A DNA stretch of 32,712 bases from an uncultured Deferribacteres bacterium (GCA_964014485.1 CAXHAT010000083.1:1-32712); one strand, 5' to 3'; counted from the first letter of the stretch, positions 7,481 through 17,521 are shown. The notes: generated from the letters alone by a model not told the origin. A program made the numbers and translations.

Positions 7481-9397
7481 CTATTCAAGCAGTTTTTCTT
7501 CGAGTAGTTTGCTCGTCGATTTGAGCAATCCCGTTTCAGTCAAAACCCCGACAAGCTTGCCTTTGTTGACAACCGGCAGACAACCGAATCCCTTTTGCTG
7601 CATGAGCCGCACAGCTTTTCTGGTGGGCGTGTCCGGCGAGACTGTCGTCGGTTTTCGTTTCATTACGTCCTTAACGGACAGCGCTCGATTGCCGTTCAAA
7701 TTTGATTTTTTGAGCAGCAGACTCATCAAAGCGCGGTAAGAAACAAGGCCGATTAATTGACGGCGCTCGTTCTCAACCGGGATATGTCGCAATCGTTCCC
7801 AAAGCATGATATTCGCGACAAACTCAATCGGCTCGTCCGGCCCGACGGTAACGATGTCTCGATTCATTACCTGTTCGACCGTCTCAAAGTTATGCTTGGA
7901 ATACCTGACTTTGAGCCTTCGAACCGGCTGCCATTTATGAATCGGCTTGCCAGTCTTCTGATTTTCTATCTGCAGCGCGGTTAAAGCGGAAAGCGCTTGT
8001 TCCTGCGTTGCACGGGAGCGATAGCGCGAATAAATGCCCAGCGACCAGCTGGCGCCGGATTGCCCCGACTCCGCTCGTTCCGCAATGATTCCAAGATATT
8101 TTTCAATATCAGATTGGGAAACATCATCGTTTTCCAGGCCGCGTTTTGCAATCGGCAAAAGTTCATTTGCGATCAATTGTTGTGCGGAGATGGATTTATT
8201 TCCCAACCATCGCAAGCGCGCCTGCAAGCCAAAACGCGAAGCGGCGAGAAAATTGGACTTCGCGTTTTCGAAAGATAAAAGCTGTGAAATATCTTCGTGC
8301 TCCAGCGCCAGTCCGTTCATAAGGCCGAACCAGAAAGTCATGTTTGCGACTTGATCCACGGGCGTAGGCCCGGCGGGAAGCACGCGGTTTTCAATTCTCA
8401 GATGCGGCTTGCCGTCCGTAATGCCGTAGCATGGACGATTCCAGCGATAAACCGTGCTGTTGAATAATTGAAGCGCCTGTAGTGAAGGGACTTTCCCTTG
8501 TAATAGGGCCTCTAACGCATCTTCGTCAATAGCAGTACCCACCAAAACCGGCAAGCGCGCAAGGTCTTCGCGAAAAATCTCAAGCACGGATTTTTTCAGC
8601 CATTTCGTACCGAACCCTACGCGCGGCAGCAGTTCCCTGGGATAGTATGAACCGCGATGCGTTTCTATCGATTGCTGAAATACGGACACGCGCGTTTCGT
8701 GCCAGAGTCTCTTGCCAAACAACAACGGCGAATTGACGGCGGCGGCCAAAACCGGCCCCGCGACCGCTTGCGCGATATTATAAAATTTTACAAAATCTCC
8801 CGGCGCCACCTGCATGTGGACTTGAAAGCTTGTGTTGCATGCTTCAAGCATGATCGTGTCGTGAGAAAAACGAAGATCATCCTCGCCCTTGATCATCAAT
8901 TCAAAGGCGCCGCCGCGCAGCTTCATGATAACGTCATTGATAATTTTGTACCTGGCAAGCGGCGTCATGTTGACGAGTTCAAGATCCCGCTTTTGAATTG
9001 TGGGCAGAATGCCTGTGAGCAAGACTTCGGCGTTACGTTCTTTGGCGGCGCTTCTTGCCATCTTGAGAAGGCGATCTGTCTCTCGCTCCACACGGCTAAA
9101 ACAATCATTTTTATATTCAAAAGGCGGAAGGTTAAATTCCAGGTTGAATCGCGCCAGTTCATTAGTGAAATGGGGATCGGCCATGTCTTCGAGAAGCTCT
9201 ATGGCAAGCGGCGCGGGCCGATTGTGCTCATCGACCAAGACCAATTCCTGTTCCGCGCCAATGCGGCGTTTTCCTTTCTCAAAATGGTCTTGTTCCAGCA
9301 TCTTCTCGAAAGCATATAAATCATCGAGAAGATGGTGTTTAAAATCGTAGTGCGTTTGCTTTTTCGACGGCGTAAACGAAACTATTTGTGCGCCCAT
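7481..9397 (-). CDS. Glutamate--cysteine ligase family 2 (GCS2-like) carboxylate-amine ligase fused to a C-terminal CBS pair
   Basis: IGAEQELVLVD, NELARFNLEFN, TSFQVHMQV, YRWNRPCY, RIENRVLPAGPT; C-terminal VEQVMNRDIVTVGPD...RHIPV and VKDVMKRKPTTVSPDT...LPVVNKGKLVGVLTE. GAGGA RBS upstream. Confidence 0.85.
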   Translation of the reverse strand: MGAQIVSFTPSKKQTHYDFKHHLLDDLYAFEKMLEQDHFEKGKRRIGAEQELVLVDEHNRPAPLAIELLEDMADPHFTNELARFNLEFNLPPFEYKNDCFSRVERETDRLLKMARSAAKERNAEVLLTGILPTIQKRDLELVNMTPLARYKIINDVIMKLRGGAFELMIKGEDDLRFSHDTIMLEACNTSFQVHMQVAPGDFVKFYNIAQAVAGPVLAAAVNSPLLFGKRLWHETRVSVFQQSIETHRGSYYPRELLPRVGFGTKWLKKSVLEIFREDLARLPVLVGTAIDEDALEALLQGKVPSLQALQLFNSTVYRWNRPCYGITDGKPHLRIENRVLPAGPTPVDQVANMTFWFGLMNGLALEHEDISQLLSFENAKSNFLAASRFGLQARLRWLGNKSISAQQLIANELLPIAKRGLENDDVSQSDIEKYLGIIAERAESGQSGASWSLGIYSRYRSRATQEQALSALTALQIENQKTGKPIHKWQPVRRLKVRYSKHNFETVEQVMNRDIVTVGPDEPIEFVANIMLWERLRHIPVENERRQLIGLVSYRALMSLLLKKSNLNGNRALSVKDVMKRKPTTVSPDTPTRKAVRLMQQKGFGCLPVVNKGKLVGVLTETGLLKSTSKLLEEKLLE

Positions 9398-9881
9398 ATT
9401 TGTTCCTCATATTTTATAGTGGGTGCGAAATCGCAAGTAATGCTTTTAGCGAAAACTGCCAAGCTCGTCGTGAAGCGATCCTGCACACTTGAGCTAAAAT
9501 TTGAGGTACGTTCGTGGTCGCGGCGCTGAGGCCGTGGGTTGGTGAGGCGGAAGAATAACTGCGGGGATTGCGCAATAAATGCGTCCGGGGGTTCATAGTC
9601 ATAAATAGTCGGCTTTTCTCAAAGAGAGTTGTCGAAACGTTCCGGTTGAGTAAAAATGAGATCGCCAAAACCGATTCCAGTACGGGCTGCTCGTGAGCGA
9701 CTGAACCAACGCTTGAAGCGGGCAAAGCTTTGAAGATGAACGGCGAATATCAGAAATGTAACATAAAAACGAGGAGACGCAAATTAAAAGGAGCAGACGT
9801 TTTCGCACCGCTTCATTTTGTCGTCACAATTTCTTTCGCCAAAATATGCACACTTCATTTTACCCAAAAGGAATAAAAAGC

Positions 9882-11030
9882 ATGACTCTCGAAATACCGT
9901 CCAAAATCCCCAATATCGGCACGAGCATCTTTGCCGTGATGACAAAGCTCGCCAATGAACACGACGCAATCAACCTCTCACAAGGCTTCCCCGATTTCGA
10001 TTGCTCGGACGACTTAAAAGCCCTGGTTGCCAAACATTTGCGTCGCGGCGAGAATCAGTACGCACCGATGCCCGGCGTTCCTGCTTTGCGGCGGCAAATT
10101 GTGCAAAAAATCCGCGATCTTTACCAGGCAGACTATGACGTGGACCAAGAAATCACCGTCACCGCCGGCGCAACGGCGGCTTTGTTTACAGCGATTACGG
10201 CCGTCGTCCAGAAAGGCGACGAGGCGATTCTTGTGGAACCCGCTTATGATTCCTACCTGCCGACTGTGCTGCTCTCAGGCGGCGTCCCGGTCATAACAAA
10301 ACTAAGATTTCCAGATTATTCGATAGATTGGGATGAAGTGCGCGACTTGATCAGCCCAAGAACCAAATTGATTATTCTCAACACGCCGCACAACCCCAGC
10401 GGCGCAGTTTTAACAAAAAATGATTTCCAGGCGCTGAAAGAAATCGTTCGCGATACAAACATCGTCATCATCAGCGACGAAGTTTATGAGCACATCGTTT
10501 TTGACGATTTGCAGCATGTGAGCATTGCCAGCGATGATGAATTGCGCCAAAGAAGCTTCGTCATCAGTTCATTCGGCAAAACATATCACACAACAGGCTG
10601 GAAAATCGGCTATTGCACCGCGCCCGCCGCGCTTACAGACGAATTTCGGCGCGTCCACCAGTTTTTGACTTATGCCGTGAACACGCCGATTCAGCATGCT
10701 TATGCAGAATTTATGGCTGATTCTGAAACTTACCTGGGACTCTCTGCTTTTTATCAGGAAAAGCGAGACGTTTTCTTGTCCAAAATTGCGAACTCGCGCT
10801 TCAAAGTCATTCCCTGCGAGGGCGCCTACTTCCAGATGCTTGATTATTCTGCAATTACTGACGCTCCAGACCACGACTTCGCAAATGAACTCACGATACG
10901 GCACGGCGTTGCCGCCATTCCGCCGTCAGTTTTTTACTCCGAGCGCGATGATCACAAAGTATTGCGTTTCTGCTTTGCGAAGAAAAATGAAACGCTCGCA
11001 CGCGCTGGAGAATTGTTGAGCAAGCTCTAA
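9882..11030 (+). CDS. ybdL: PLP-dependent class I/II aminotransferase, methionine aminotransferase YbdL-like
   Basis: SKIPNIGTSIF..M..LA.EHDAINLSQGFPDF, NQYAPMPG, NTPHNPSG, SDEVYEH, SSFGKTYHTTGWKIGY, RFCFAK. ATG at 9882 follows AAGGA. Confidence 0.85.
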   Translation: MTLEIPSKIPNIGTSIFAVMTKLANEHDAINLSQGFPDFDCSDDLKALVAKHLRRGENQYAPMPGVPALRRQIVQKIRDLYQADYDVDQEITVTAGATAALFTAITAVVQKGDEAILVEPAYDSYLPTVLLSGGVPVITKLRFPDYSIDWDEVRDLISPRTKLIILNTPHNPSGAVLTKNDFQALKEIVRDTNIVIISDEVYEHIVFDDLQHVSIASDDELRQRSFVISSFGKTYHTTGWKIGYCTAPAALTDEFRRVHQFLTYAVNTPIQHAYAEFMADSETYLGLSAFYQEKRDVFLSKIANSRFKVIPCEGAYFQMLDYSAITDAPDHDFANELTIRHGVAAIPPSVFYSERDDHKVLRFCFAKKNETLARAGELLSKL

Positions 11031-11090
11031 CGATTCTTTCGAAAGCCGCCAAATTCTTTTCTCAATTTTTATTCAAAGAAAGGGGGCATT

Positions 11091-13106
11091 ATGCCAAACG
11101 CCACATCTCTGACCACGCTTTCTCAAAAACCGTTTACCCGCCAAACACAAACGCGCTTCTTTGTAAGCGCGTTTATTTTTTGCCTGTCTTTGTTCGCCGC
11201 TTTGCCTGTCCTCGCGGAAAAACCGCCGATGAAATGGGGTAAGGTCGATCTTGCCAATCTCAAAATGACCAGCTTTCCACAAGATTCAAACGCAGCCGCC
11301 GTTATTCTATGCAAATTCGGCGAGGCTTTCCTCGACAATCGCGGCTGGGTGAATTACGCGGTGCACACGCGAATCAAAATTCTCAAAGAATCCGGTTATG
11401 ACTGGGGCACGGTCTCCGTTTCACTGCGCTCGGACAGAGACGCCGAGCGAATAAAAGGCATTTCGGGACAAACCTTCATTTTAGGCGAAGACGGCAAAGT
11501 CGTTAAACACAAGCTGGACGGCAAGTCGATTTTCAAAGAAGATATAGACAAAAACTACAAGCGCGTCCGCTTCACTCTGCCTGCGCTTGAGCCAGGAGCG
11601 GTGATCGAGTATAAATACACGCTGGAATCAAGCTCTCCGTTTTTCCTGAGCGGCTGGACGTTTCAGTCTAGCGAGCCGACGCTGTGGAGCGAGTATCGCG
11701 CCTGGGTTCCACATATTTTTCGTTTTGTCGCGGTCGCGCAAGGAACGCACCCTTTTCACATTAAGGAAAATATCCCGGAAATTCGCTACGAATTGGACGG
11801 CGACTGGCAGCGCTGGGTGCAAAAAGACCTGCCCGCACTACGCTCCGAACCCTACGTCACCACACTTGAAGATTATCGCTCCAAAATTCGTTTTCAGTTA
11901 GCGGAGATTTCCATTCCCGGGCAATACGTAAAAAAATATCTTTCCACTTGGGGAGAATTGGCGCAAGAGTTGATGAGTGACGGCGATTTCGGCGGTAAAC
12001 GAAACAAAAAAGGCCTCATCCCGGCAGATTTGAAAGAAAGAATCGCATCGCTCACTGAGCCGAAAGAAAAGATGATCGCCGTTTATCAATACCTGCAAGA
12101 AACCATCGAATGGGACAAAACGCGGGGGATATTTGCGACGAGCGGTCTGAGCGAAGTGCTTAAAAAGCGATCCGGCGGCGGCCCGGAAATCACTTTCATG
12201 CTCATTTCTATGCTCAATGAAATCGGAATTCACGCCGCGCCCCTCGTTTTGAGCACTCGGAGTCACGGGAAAATTCAACAACTCTACCCTCTCGCCTCGC
12301 AGTTCAACCACGTGGTCGCCCACGCACGCATAAACGGCGAAGTTTTTCTTCTTGACGCCACAGACCCGCTCCGTCCTTACAACATGCTCCCTTACCAGGC
12401 ATTGAACAGCGCCGGTTGGCTCATTGAAAAGCACGGCGCAAGATGGGTGCAAATCAAGCCGGGTTCCAAGTTCACCCGTCGCGTAGCCGTAAACGCGCAT
12501 CTCGACGAGAACGGCGGGCTTGCCGGGCAAATTCAAGCGATTGAGAACGGATACAGCGCATTTTATAAACGTGACTATATCAATGAAAATGATAAAGACG
12601 AGTTTTTTAAGGAGTACTACACCAACGAAACTTTCAATCTCGAACCGGACTCCATTGAGGTCAAAAACATAGACGTTTTCAAAAAGCCGCTGACGACCAC
12701 AATCCATTTTAAAAGCGATGAATTGGCGCAAGCCGCCGGTGACATGGTTTATCTCAACCCAATCTTCCTGACGCGTTTTGAGAAAAACCCGTTCACTTTG
12801 CCGGAGCGTACTTTTCCGGTTGATTACGGTTATGGTCGCGACGTCACTTATACCTTAAGCCTGATTTTACCCGAAGGCTTTATCGTCGCGGAGCAGCCGC
12901 GAAACGTATCCATGAGTCTTCCCAACGCAGCAGGAGATTTCAAAAGAATTTTTCAAGTTGAAGGAAACAGCGTCAGCGTTTTATGCCGCTACAGAATCAA
13001 AAAGCCCGTTTTTGCGCCAGAAGAATATCAGGCGTTGAAAGCTTTTTACGATCAAATCGTCTCTGCGCAAAATGAACAACTTGTCCTGAAACGGGCGACA
13101 AACTAA
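11091..13106 (+). CDS. DUF3857 + transglutaminase-like secreted protein (catalytic Cys absent)
   Basis: Signal peptide; RIKILKESG, FTLPALEPGAVIEYKY, FNHVV, LLDAT; GGGPEI where GDCK is expected. Confidence 0.8.
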   Translation: MPNATSLTTLSQKPFTRQTQTRFFVSAFIFCLSLFAALPVLAEKPPMKWGKVDLANLKMTSFPQDSNAAAVILCKFGEAFLDNRGWVNYAVHTRIKILKESGYDWGTVSVSLRSDRDAERIKGISGQTFILGEDGKVVKHKLDGKSIFKEDIDKNYKRVRFTLPALEPGAVIEYKYTLESSSPFFLSGWTFQSSEPTLWSEYRAWVPHIFRFVAVAQGTHPFHIKENIPEIRYELDGDWQRWVQKDLPALRSEPYVTTLEDYRSKIRFQLAEISIPGQYVKKYLSTWGELAQELMSDGDFGGKRNKKGLIPADLKERIASLTEPKEKMIAVYQYLQETIEWDKTRGIFATSGLSEVLKKRSGGGPEITFMLISMLNEIGIHAAPLVLSTRSHGKIQQLYPLASQFNHVVAHARINGEVFLLDATDPLRPYNMLPYQALNSAGWLIEKHGARWVQIKPGSKFTRRVAVNAHLDENGGLAGQIQAIENGYSAFYKRDYINENDKDEFFKEYYTNETFNLEPDSIEVKNIDVFKKPLTTTIHFKSDELAQAAGDMVYLNPIFLTRFEKNPFTLPERTFPVDYGYGRDVTYTLSLILPEGFIVAEQPRNVSMSLPNAAGDFKRIFQVEGNSVSVLCRYRIKKPVFAPEEYQALKAFYDQIVSAQNEQLVLKRATN

Positions 13107-13116
13107 GGAAGACCAC

Positions 13117-15057
13117 ATGATGAGAATGCAACACTCAACGCCCCGAAAAATGTTTTTGGCAGGCGCGACCGCCCTTCTTTTGTTAAACCAAAGTCTGCTC
13201 GCCGAAAAAGACCGACGCTATGACGTCGCCGAAATCCCGAAGCTGCTTCAACTCGGCGCTGACGCCGTGATTCGGCATTCGGAAGAGCGCTTCGTTGTCG
13301 AAAATCCGAGCAAAGCAAAGCAATACATTCACATCGTGGTTACGGTGTTGAAAAGCAACGGTCGCGACGCCGGCAAGCACGCCGTCTACTACAATCGTTT
13401 TCAGCAGGTTAAAAAACTCGAGGCGCTGATTCGCAATCCGAACGGTGAGATCTACCGCAAGCTCAAAAAGAACGAAATTCAAGATTACAGCGCGACTTCA
13501 AGTTATAACTTGCAAGATGACAGCCGGGTAAAATATTTTGAGCTTTTTCACGACCAGTACCCTTACACGCTTGAATTCTCTTATGAAATCCACAAGTCCG
13601 GCCTTCTCGGCTGGACGGACTGGCAGCCGCAAACGGACGGCTATCCTGTTGAAAAATCCGTCTTTGAGCTCGACGTGCCGGAAGGAATGGAATTTCGCAT
13701 CAGAAAAAACCTACTCGAGGTCGAGCCGGAAACACAGTCTGACGGCGGACGCAGCATCTACCGCTGGCGTTTGGAGAATTTGCCGAAACTGCGTCGTGAG
13801 CCATTCAGCCCATCGTGGCAGGAGCGCACGCCTTCGCTTCTGGTGGCGCCGACCGCATTTTCGATTGACGGCAATCCTGGCGACATGTCGACCTGGGAAA
13901 ATTTTGGGATCTGGTACCACGCGCTGAATCAGGGGCGCGACGAATTACCGCCGGAAGCGCAAGCCGAGGTTAAAAAAATCATTGCCGGAGCGACAACGAA
14001 TGAAGAAAAAGCGCGCCGTCTTTATCGGCACTTGCAAAAAAATACACGCTACGTCAGCATCCAACTGGGTATTGGCGGCTGGCAGACCTTCCCCGCTTCG
14101 GACGTTTATGAAAAAGGCTACGGCGACTGCAAGGCGCTGACGAACTACATGGGCGCCATGCTGAAAGCGGCCAACGTCCCCGCCTTCCCAGCGCTGATCC
14201 GCAACGGCTATAACGCACCGGACGTGTTCGCCGATTTTTCCAGCCACCAGTTCAACCATGTCATTCTTTGCGTGCCGTCGGAATCCGACACGCTTTGGCT
14301 CGAATGCACCAGTCAGAGCATTCCATTTAATCACATCGGCGCCAGCAATGAGTCGCGCAACGTGCTTTTGGTCACCGAAGACGGCGGACGCATTATCCGC
14401 ACGCACGCCAGCGCGCCGCAGGACAATCGGCAAATCCGCACAGCCGAAGTCAAAATCGACGCTTCCGGCAACGCCGTCGCCAGCGCAACCACGCTTTACA
14501 CCGGCAACCAGCAGGATCGCATACGCGGCGCTCTGCTCGACCGCTCTCCGCGCGACCGCGAAACGTGGCTGCAAAGGTCGCTCGACATCCCGCGCTTCAA
14601 GTTATTGTCGGTCGATTTTTCGGACGTTGACAATAAATCGGAAACGATTCGATTGCCCGTTGAAATTGAATTGCCGCGCTACGCATCTCCTTCCGGACAA
14701 CGTCTATTCCTCAAACCAAATTTGATGGAACGACGCACGAATGTCCCGGACGAAGTCAAATTCCGAACCCAGCCTGTTCATTTGGGCTACGCTTATCAGG
14801 ACGTGGACTCGATTGTCTACCGCCTGCCGCAAGGCTATTCCATAGAAGCGCGTCCGGACGACGTGAACATTGAAAAAGACTTCGCGCGTTTTTCTGCACA
14901 ATTAGACTATGATGAAGTCGGAAACAAGCTGATTTATCGCCGGGAGGTCGTTCTCAAGAAACGCCGCCTGCCTGCCGAAAAATACGTCGACTATCGCGAC
15001 TTCGTCCGCGACATCGTTAAAGCGGATCGCGGGCAGGTTGTTCTGGTGAAAAACTAG
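13117..15057 (+). CDS. DUF3857 + transglutaminase-like protein (catalytic Cys intact)
   Basis: RYVSIQLGIGGWQ, GYGDCKALTNY, FNHVILCV, WLECT; start codon uncertain within 13117-13150. Confidence 0.85.
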   Translation: MMRMQHSTPRKMFLAGATALLLLNQSLLAEKDRRYDVAEIPKLLQLGADAVIRHSEERFVVENPSKAKQYIHIVVTVLKSNGRDAGKHAVYYNRFQQVKKLEALIRNPNGEIYRKLKKNEIQDYSATSSYNLQDDSRVKYFELFHDQYPYTLEFSYEIHKSGLLGWTDWQPQTDGYPVEKSVFELDVPEGMEFRIRKNLLEVEPETQSDGGRSIYRWRLENLPKLRREPFSPSWQERTPSLLVAPTAFSIDGNPGDMSTWENFGIWYHALNQGRDELPPEAQAEVKKIIAGATTNEEKARRLYRHLQKNTRYVSIQLGIGGWQTFPASDVYEKGYGDCKALTNYMGAMLKAANVPAFPALIRNGYNAPDVFADFSSHQFNHVILCVPSESDTLWLECTSQSIPFNHIGASNESRNVLLVTEDGGRIIRTHASAPQDNRQIRTAEVKIDASGNAVASATTLYTGNQQDRIRGALLDRSPRDRETWLQRSLDIPRFKLLSVDFSDVDNKSETIRLPVEIELPRYASPSGQRLFLKPNLMERRTNVPDEVKFRTQPVHLGYAYQDVDSIVYRLPQGYSIEARPDDVNIEKDFARFSAQLDYDEVGNKLIYRREVVLKKRRLPAEKYVDYRDFVRDIVKADRGQVVLVKN

Positions 15058-15062
15058 AACAT

Positions 15063-15090
15063 GTAAGTCGGGGCAAGCCCCCCGTCCAAC
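15063..15090. repeat. Degenerate REP-like hairpin (GGGGC-AA-GCCCC core)
   Basis: GTAAGTCGGGGCAAGCCCCCCGTCCAAC just after a stop codon; ends resemble GTAG...CTAC. Confidence 0.35.
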
Positions 15091-15111
15091 TATTCTTCGC
15101 GAGGCGAACCT

Positions 15112-16008
15112 TTGAAAAAAATCCTAAAAATAATCCTTACGATCTTCCTGACTGGCTCTTCGGGCTATGCACAGCTTAAAAACGGAATCATCAATGATCC
15201 AGACGGGTTTGTCAATTTAAGAAGCGGGAGAGGCGTTTCCTTCAAAATCATCGAAGAAATTCGTGAAGGCGAGAAGTTCAAATTCTTGCGTGATGCGCAG
15301 AGCGACTGGTGGTATGTTGAATCGGAATTCGGTAAAAAAGGCTACATGCACAAAAGCAGAATCCAGCCTTATGATGAACAATATACCGTCGTCTGCCAAT
15401 GCGACGATTTTCGAGCCTTTAATGCTCCAAATTTTGCAGTTTCAATCAATGGTTCACCCATTTCATTGTGCGGTTTCTTGCTTCAAAGACAATCGAAATA
15501 TAAAATCAAAGTAACTGAGTTTGTCATTTACGATTGTGAAAATAAAAAAACTCTGGGTTTTTACCGCGCAACCAAGGATTGTTGGGTTGAGTTCGCAAAT
15601 GATCAACTTATTATTACTCAAGTTGAGAATCTGCCGTCAGGGCGCAATTGGTCATGGAGATCGACTCCTGTGTTAAAAACTTTCATTTCAAAGCGAGACA
15701 GCATGTTGGTGAGCAGTCCTGGCGAAAAAGCATTTTTCAATGATTCGCTAACTTCGGCGAATATTTCTGAATTTGTCAACAGGATCGAAAGAATCAAAGC
15801 TCTTGGCAATGATAATATTGAGAAGGAGTTTGCAGACTATTCAAGCCGTGAAGAACTTTTAGGCAGGCTGTTAGTTGCGGCCATGGCTGGTAACGAGCAA
15901 TGCAAGAAGCTGTTCAAGGATTTTGCAGATTACTTCGGCTTTACACCGGACGGTCATTTGGCTGAAGATTACGCTCATTACCGAGAGCTTTTAGAGTTTT
16001 ATGAGTAA
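15112..16008 (+). CDS. Secreted SH3-domain-containing protein
   Basis: Signal peptide, then INDPDGFVNLRSG...WWYVE...KGYMHKSRI (bacterial SH3); TTG start after GAGG. Confidence 0.7.
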   Translation: MKKILKIILTIFLTGSSGYAQLKNGIINDPDGFVNLRSGRGVSFKIIEEIREGEKFKFLRDAQSDWWYVESEFGKKGYMHKSRIQPYDEQYTVVCQCDDFRAFNAPNFAVSINGSPISLCGFLLQRQSKYKIKVTEFVIYDCENKKTLGFYRATKDCWVEFANDQLIITQVENLPSGRNWSWRSTPVLKTFISKRDSMLVSSPGEKAFFNDSLTSANISEFVNRIERIKALGNDNIEKEFADYSSREELLGRLLVAAMAGNEQCKKLFKDFADYFGFTPDGHLAEDYAHYRELLEFYE

Positions 16009-16200
16009 GCGCATTGCGAACCTTATAATTTGCTTAATCTTTTGGGTTTTCGCCTTTTTATTTGAGGAATCATAACCGTCGGCGGACATGGGCACTATAA
16101 ATTTAATCCAATGATGGCGGAAGATTGGATATTCTGGAGCGGTCTTGTCGGTTTTGGCATTTCAGGAGCTTTCTTTGTATTCAAATCGGTGAAAAAATAG
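16001..16200 (+). pseudogene. Possible frameshifted small membrane protein
   Basis: ATG at 16001 overlaps the SH3 gene end; MSKRIANLIICLIFWVFAFLFEES* stops at 16075, while another frame reads GIITVGGHGHYKFNPMMAEDWIFWSGLVGFGISGAFFVFKSVKK* to 16200. Confidence 0.35.
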
Positions 16201-16212
16201 TCTTTTGAAAGA

Positions 16213-17514
16213 CTATGACGCACTTCTGTTCTTTCGTATGACTTTCATCAACGGAAAACTCAGAATCAGCGCAAAAACGGCGGCGAGGATGAACAGGTTT
16301 GACTGCGACAATTCAGCAAATCCAAAAGCGCGCGACATGGCGCGAATGAAGTGGGAAAGTCCGAGCACAATGGTGATAAAAACAATCGCGCTCATGAAAC
16401 TATTGCTCACCCAGTGATTCAGATTTTCTTTTTCCATCAAACGAACGTCGTTGACGACAATTAACAGAAAAACGGCGATGATCGGCAGCGCCAAGCCGTT
16501 GAGCGCTTGAGCCAAAATTATCGTCGCGATAGGCTGCACGCCGCTCAAACCGAAGAACACGCCGACGAGCAGCACTCCCAACCAAACGCCGCGAAATCCC
16601 GCTCCCTTTTCTTCCCAGCTTGCAGGATTTTTTCCCTGAAAAAAACTTTTTGCCGTGATGGCTGCGGCAAGCGGCGCCGTGATCGCGGAGGAAAACCCGG
16701 CGGCGAACAGGCCAACCGCGAATAACGTTCGCGACCAGCCTCCGAGCGTGGTTTCCAGAGCCTGAGTCAACGCTTCAAATGAAAATTCTCCCGCCAAAGA
16801 CGTACCCACGATCAAAATACAGCCGGAAATGAATCCGCCCAGAATGACGGCGACGGACAGGCCAAACCGCATCTCGCCGAGTTTGTGTCCCTGGGCGATT
16901 CCAGAACCCAGAAATAAATTGTACGGCACGACGGTGGTGCCAATCAGCCCCATGATCAGCAGCCCGGATTCCGGCGGCGCACTGGGTAGAAAGGCGCCGC
17001 TCAGTAAATCGGGAATGGAGGGCGCAAGCATAATCGCAGTCACGAGAAAGGCGACGCCCATCACGGCAACAACAAATCCCAAAATCTGTGCGACCAGTTT
17101 GGTGTTGCCGAACCAGAGCAACATTCCGGCTAAGAGTCCGCATGCAATCGTCAGGGTCACCTTGCTAAAACCAGTTCCCAAAACGGCGCCCGCCACGCCT
17201 CCCAGGATGTTGCCGGCCTCGTAAGCCGCACAGCCAAATACGATTGCACTCACCACCAGCAATCTAATGACAAGCCCGTGCACGCCTTCAGAAAATCTGT
17301 CACGAATGGCGTCGCCCAAGTTCTTGCCCGAAACGATTGAGAGTCTGGCGCTGGCTTCTTGCAAAACCATGCAGGCAATTGTTGAAAATACAAGCGCCCA
17401 GAGTAAAGCGTATCCAAAAGAAGCGCCGGATTTCGCGGCGGTCGTGACGGTGCCCGGCCCAATGAACGCGGCGGAAATGACGGACCAGAAAAGAATGTTG
17501 GTGATTTTTTTCAT
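16213..17514 (-). CDS. NRAMP-superfamily (YcsG-like) membrane transporter
   Basis: AAFIGPGTVTT, GASFGYALLW, LQEASARL, IGTTVVPYNLFL; about 11 TM helices; lacks the canonical DPGN. Confidence 0.82.
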   Translation of the reverse strand: MKKITNILFWSVISAAFIGPGTVTTAAKSGASFGYALLWALVFSTIACMVLQEASARLSIVSGKNLGDAIRDRFSEGVHGLVIRLLVVSAIVFGCAAYEAGNILGGVAGAVLGTGFSKVTLTIACGLLAGMLLWFGNTKLVAQILGFVVAVMGVAFLVTAIMLAPSIPDLLSGAFLPSAPPESGLLIMGLIGTTVVPYNLFLGSGIAQGHKLGEMRFGLSVAVILGGFISGCILIVGTSLAGEFSFEALTQALETTLGGWSRTLFAVGLFAAGFSSAITAPLAAAITAKSFFQGKNPASWEEKGAGFRGVWLGVLLVGVFFGLSGVQPIATIILAQALNGLALPIIAVFLLIVVNDVRLMEKENLNHWVSNSFMSAIVFITIVLGLSHFIRAMSRAFGFAELSQSNLFILAAVFALILSFPLMKVIRKNRSAS

Positions 17515-17521
17515 TTTCGAA

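Noticed and set aside
6278..9397. Naming the pair gshA and astE
   Set aside because: Only family-level motifs are visible; no glutathione synthetase or ast operon, and the CBS fusion is atypical for GshA.
9600..9760. SAM-I riboswitch before the methionine aminotransferase
   Set aside because: Only loose AAGAGAG and AAGATGA matches; the core GAGGGA, GCAAC and GGUGC elements are absent.
16213..17514. Naming the transporter mntH
   Set aside because: Lacks the DPGN and MPH metal-binding motifs.
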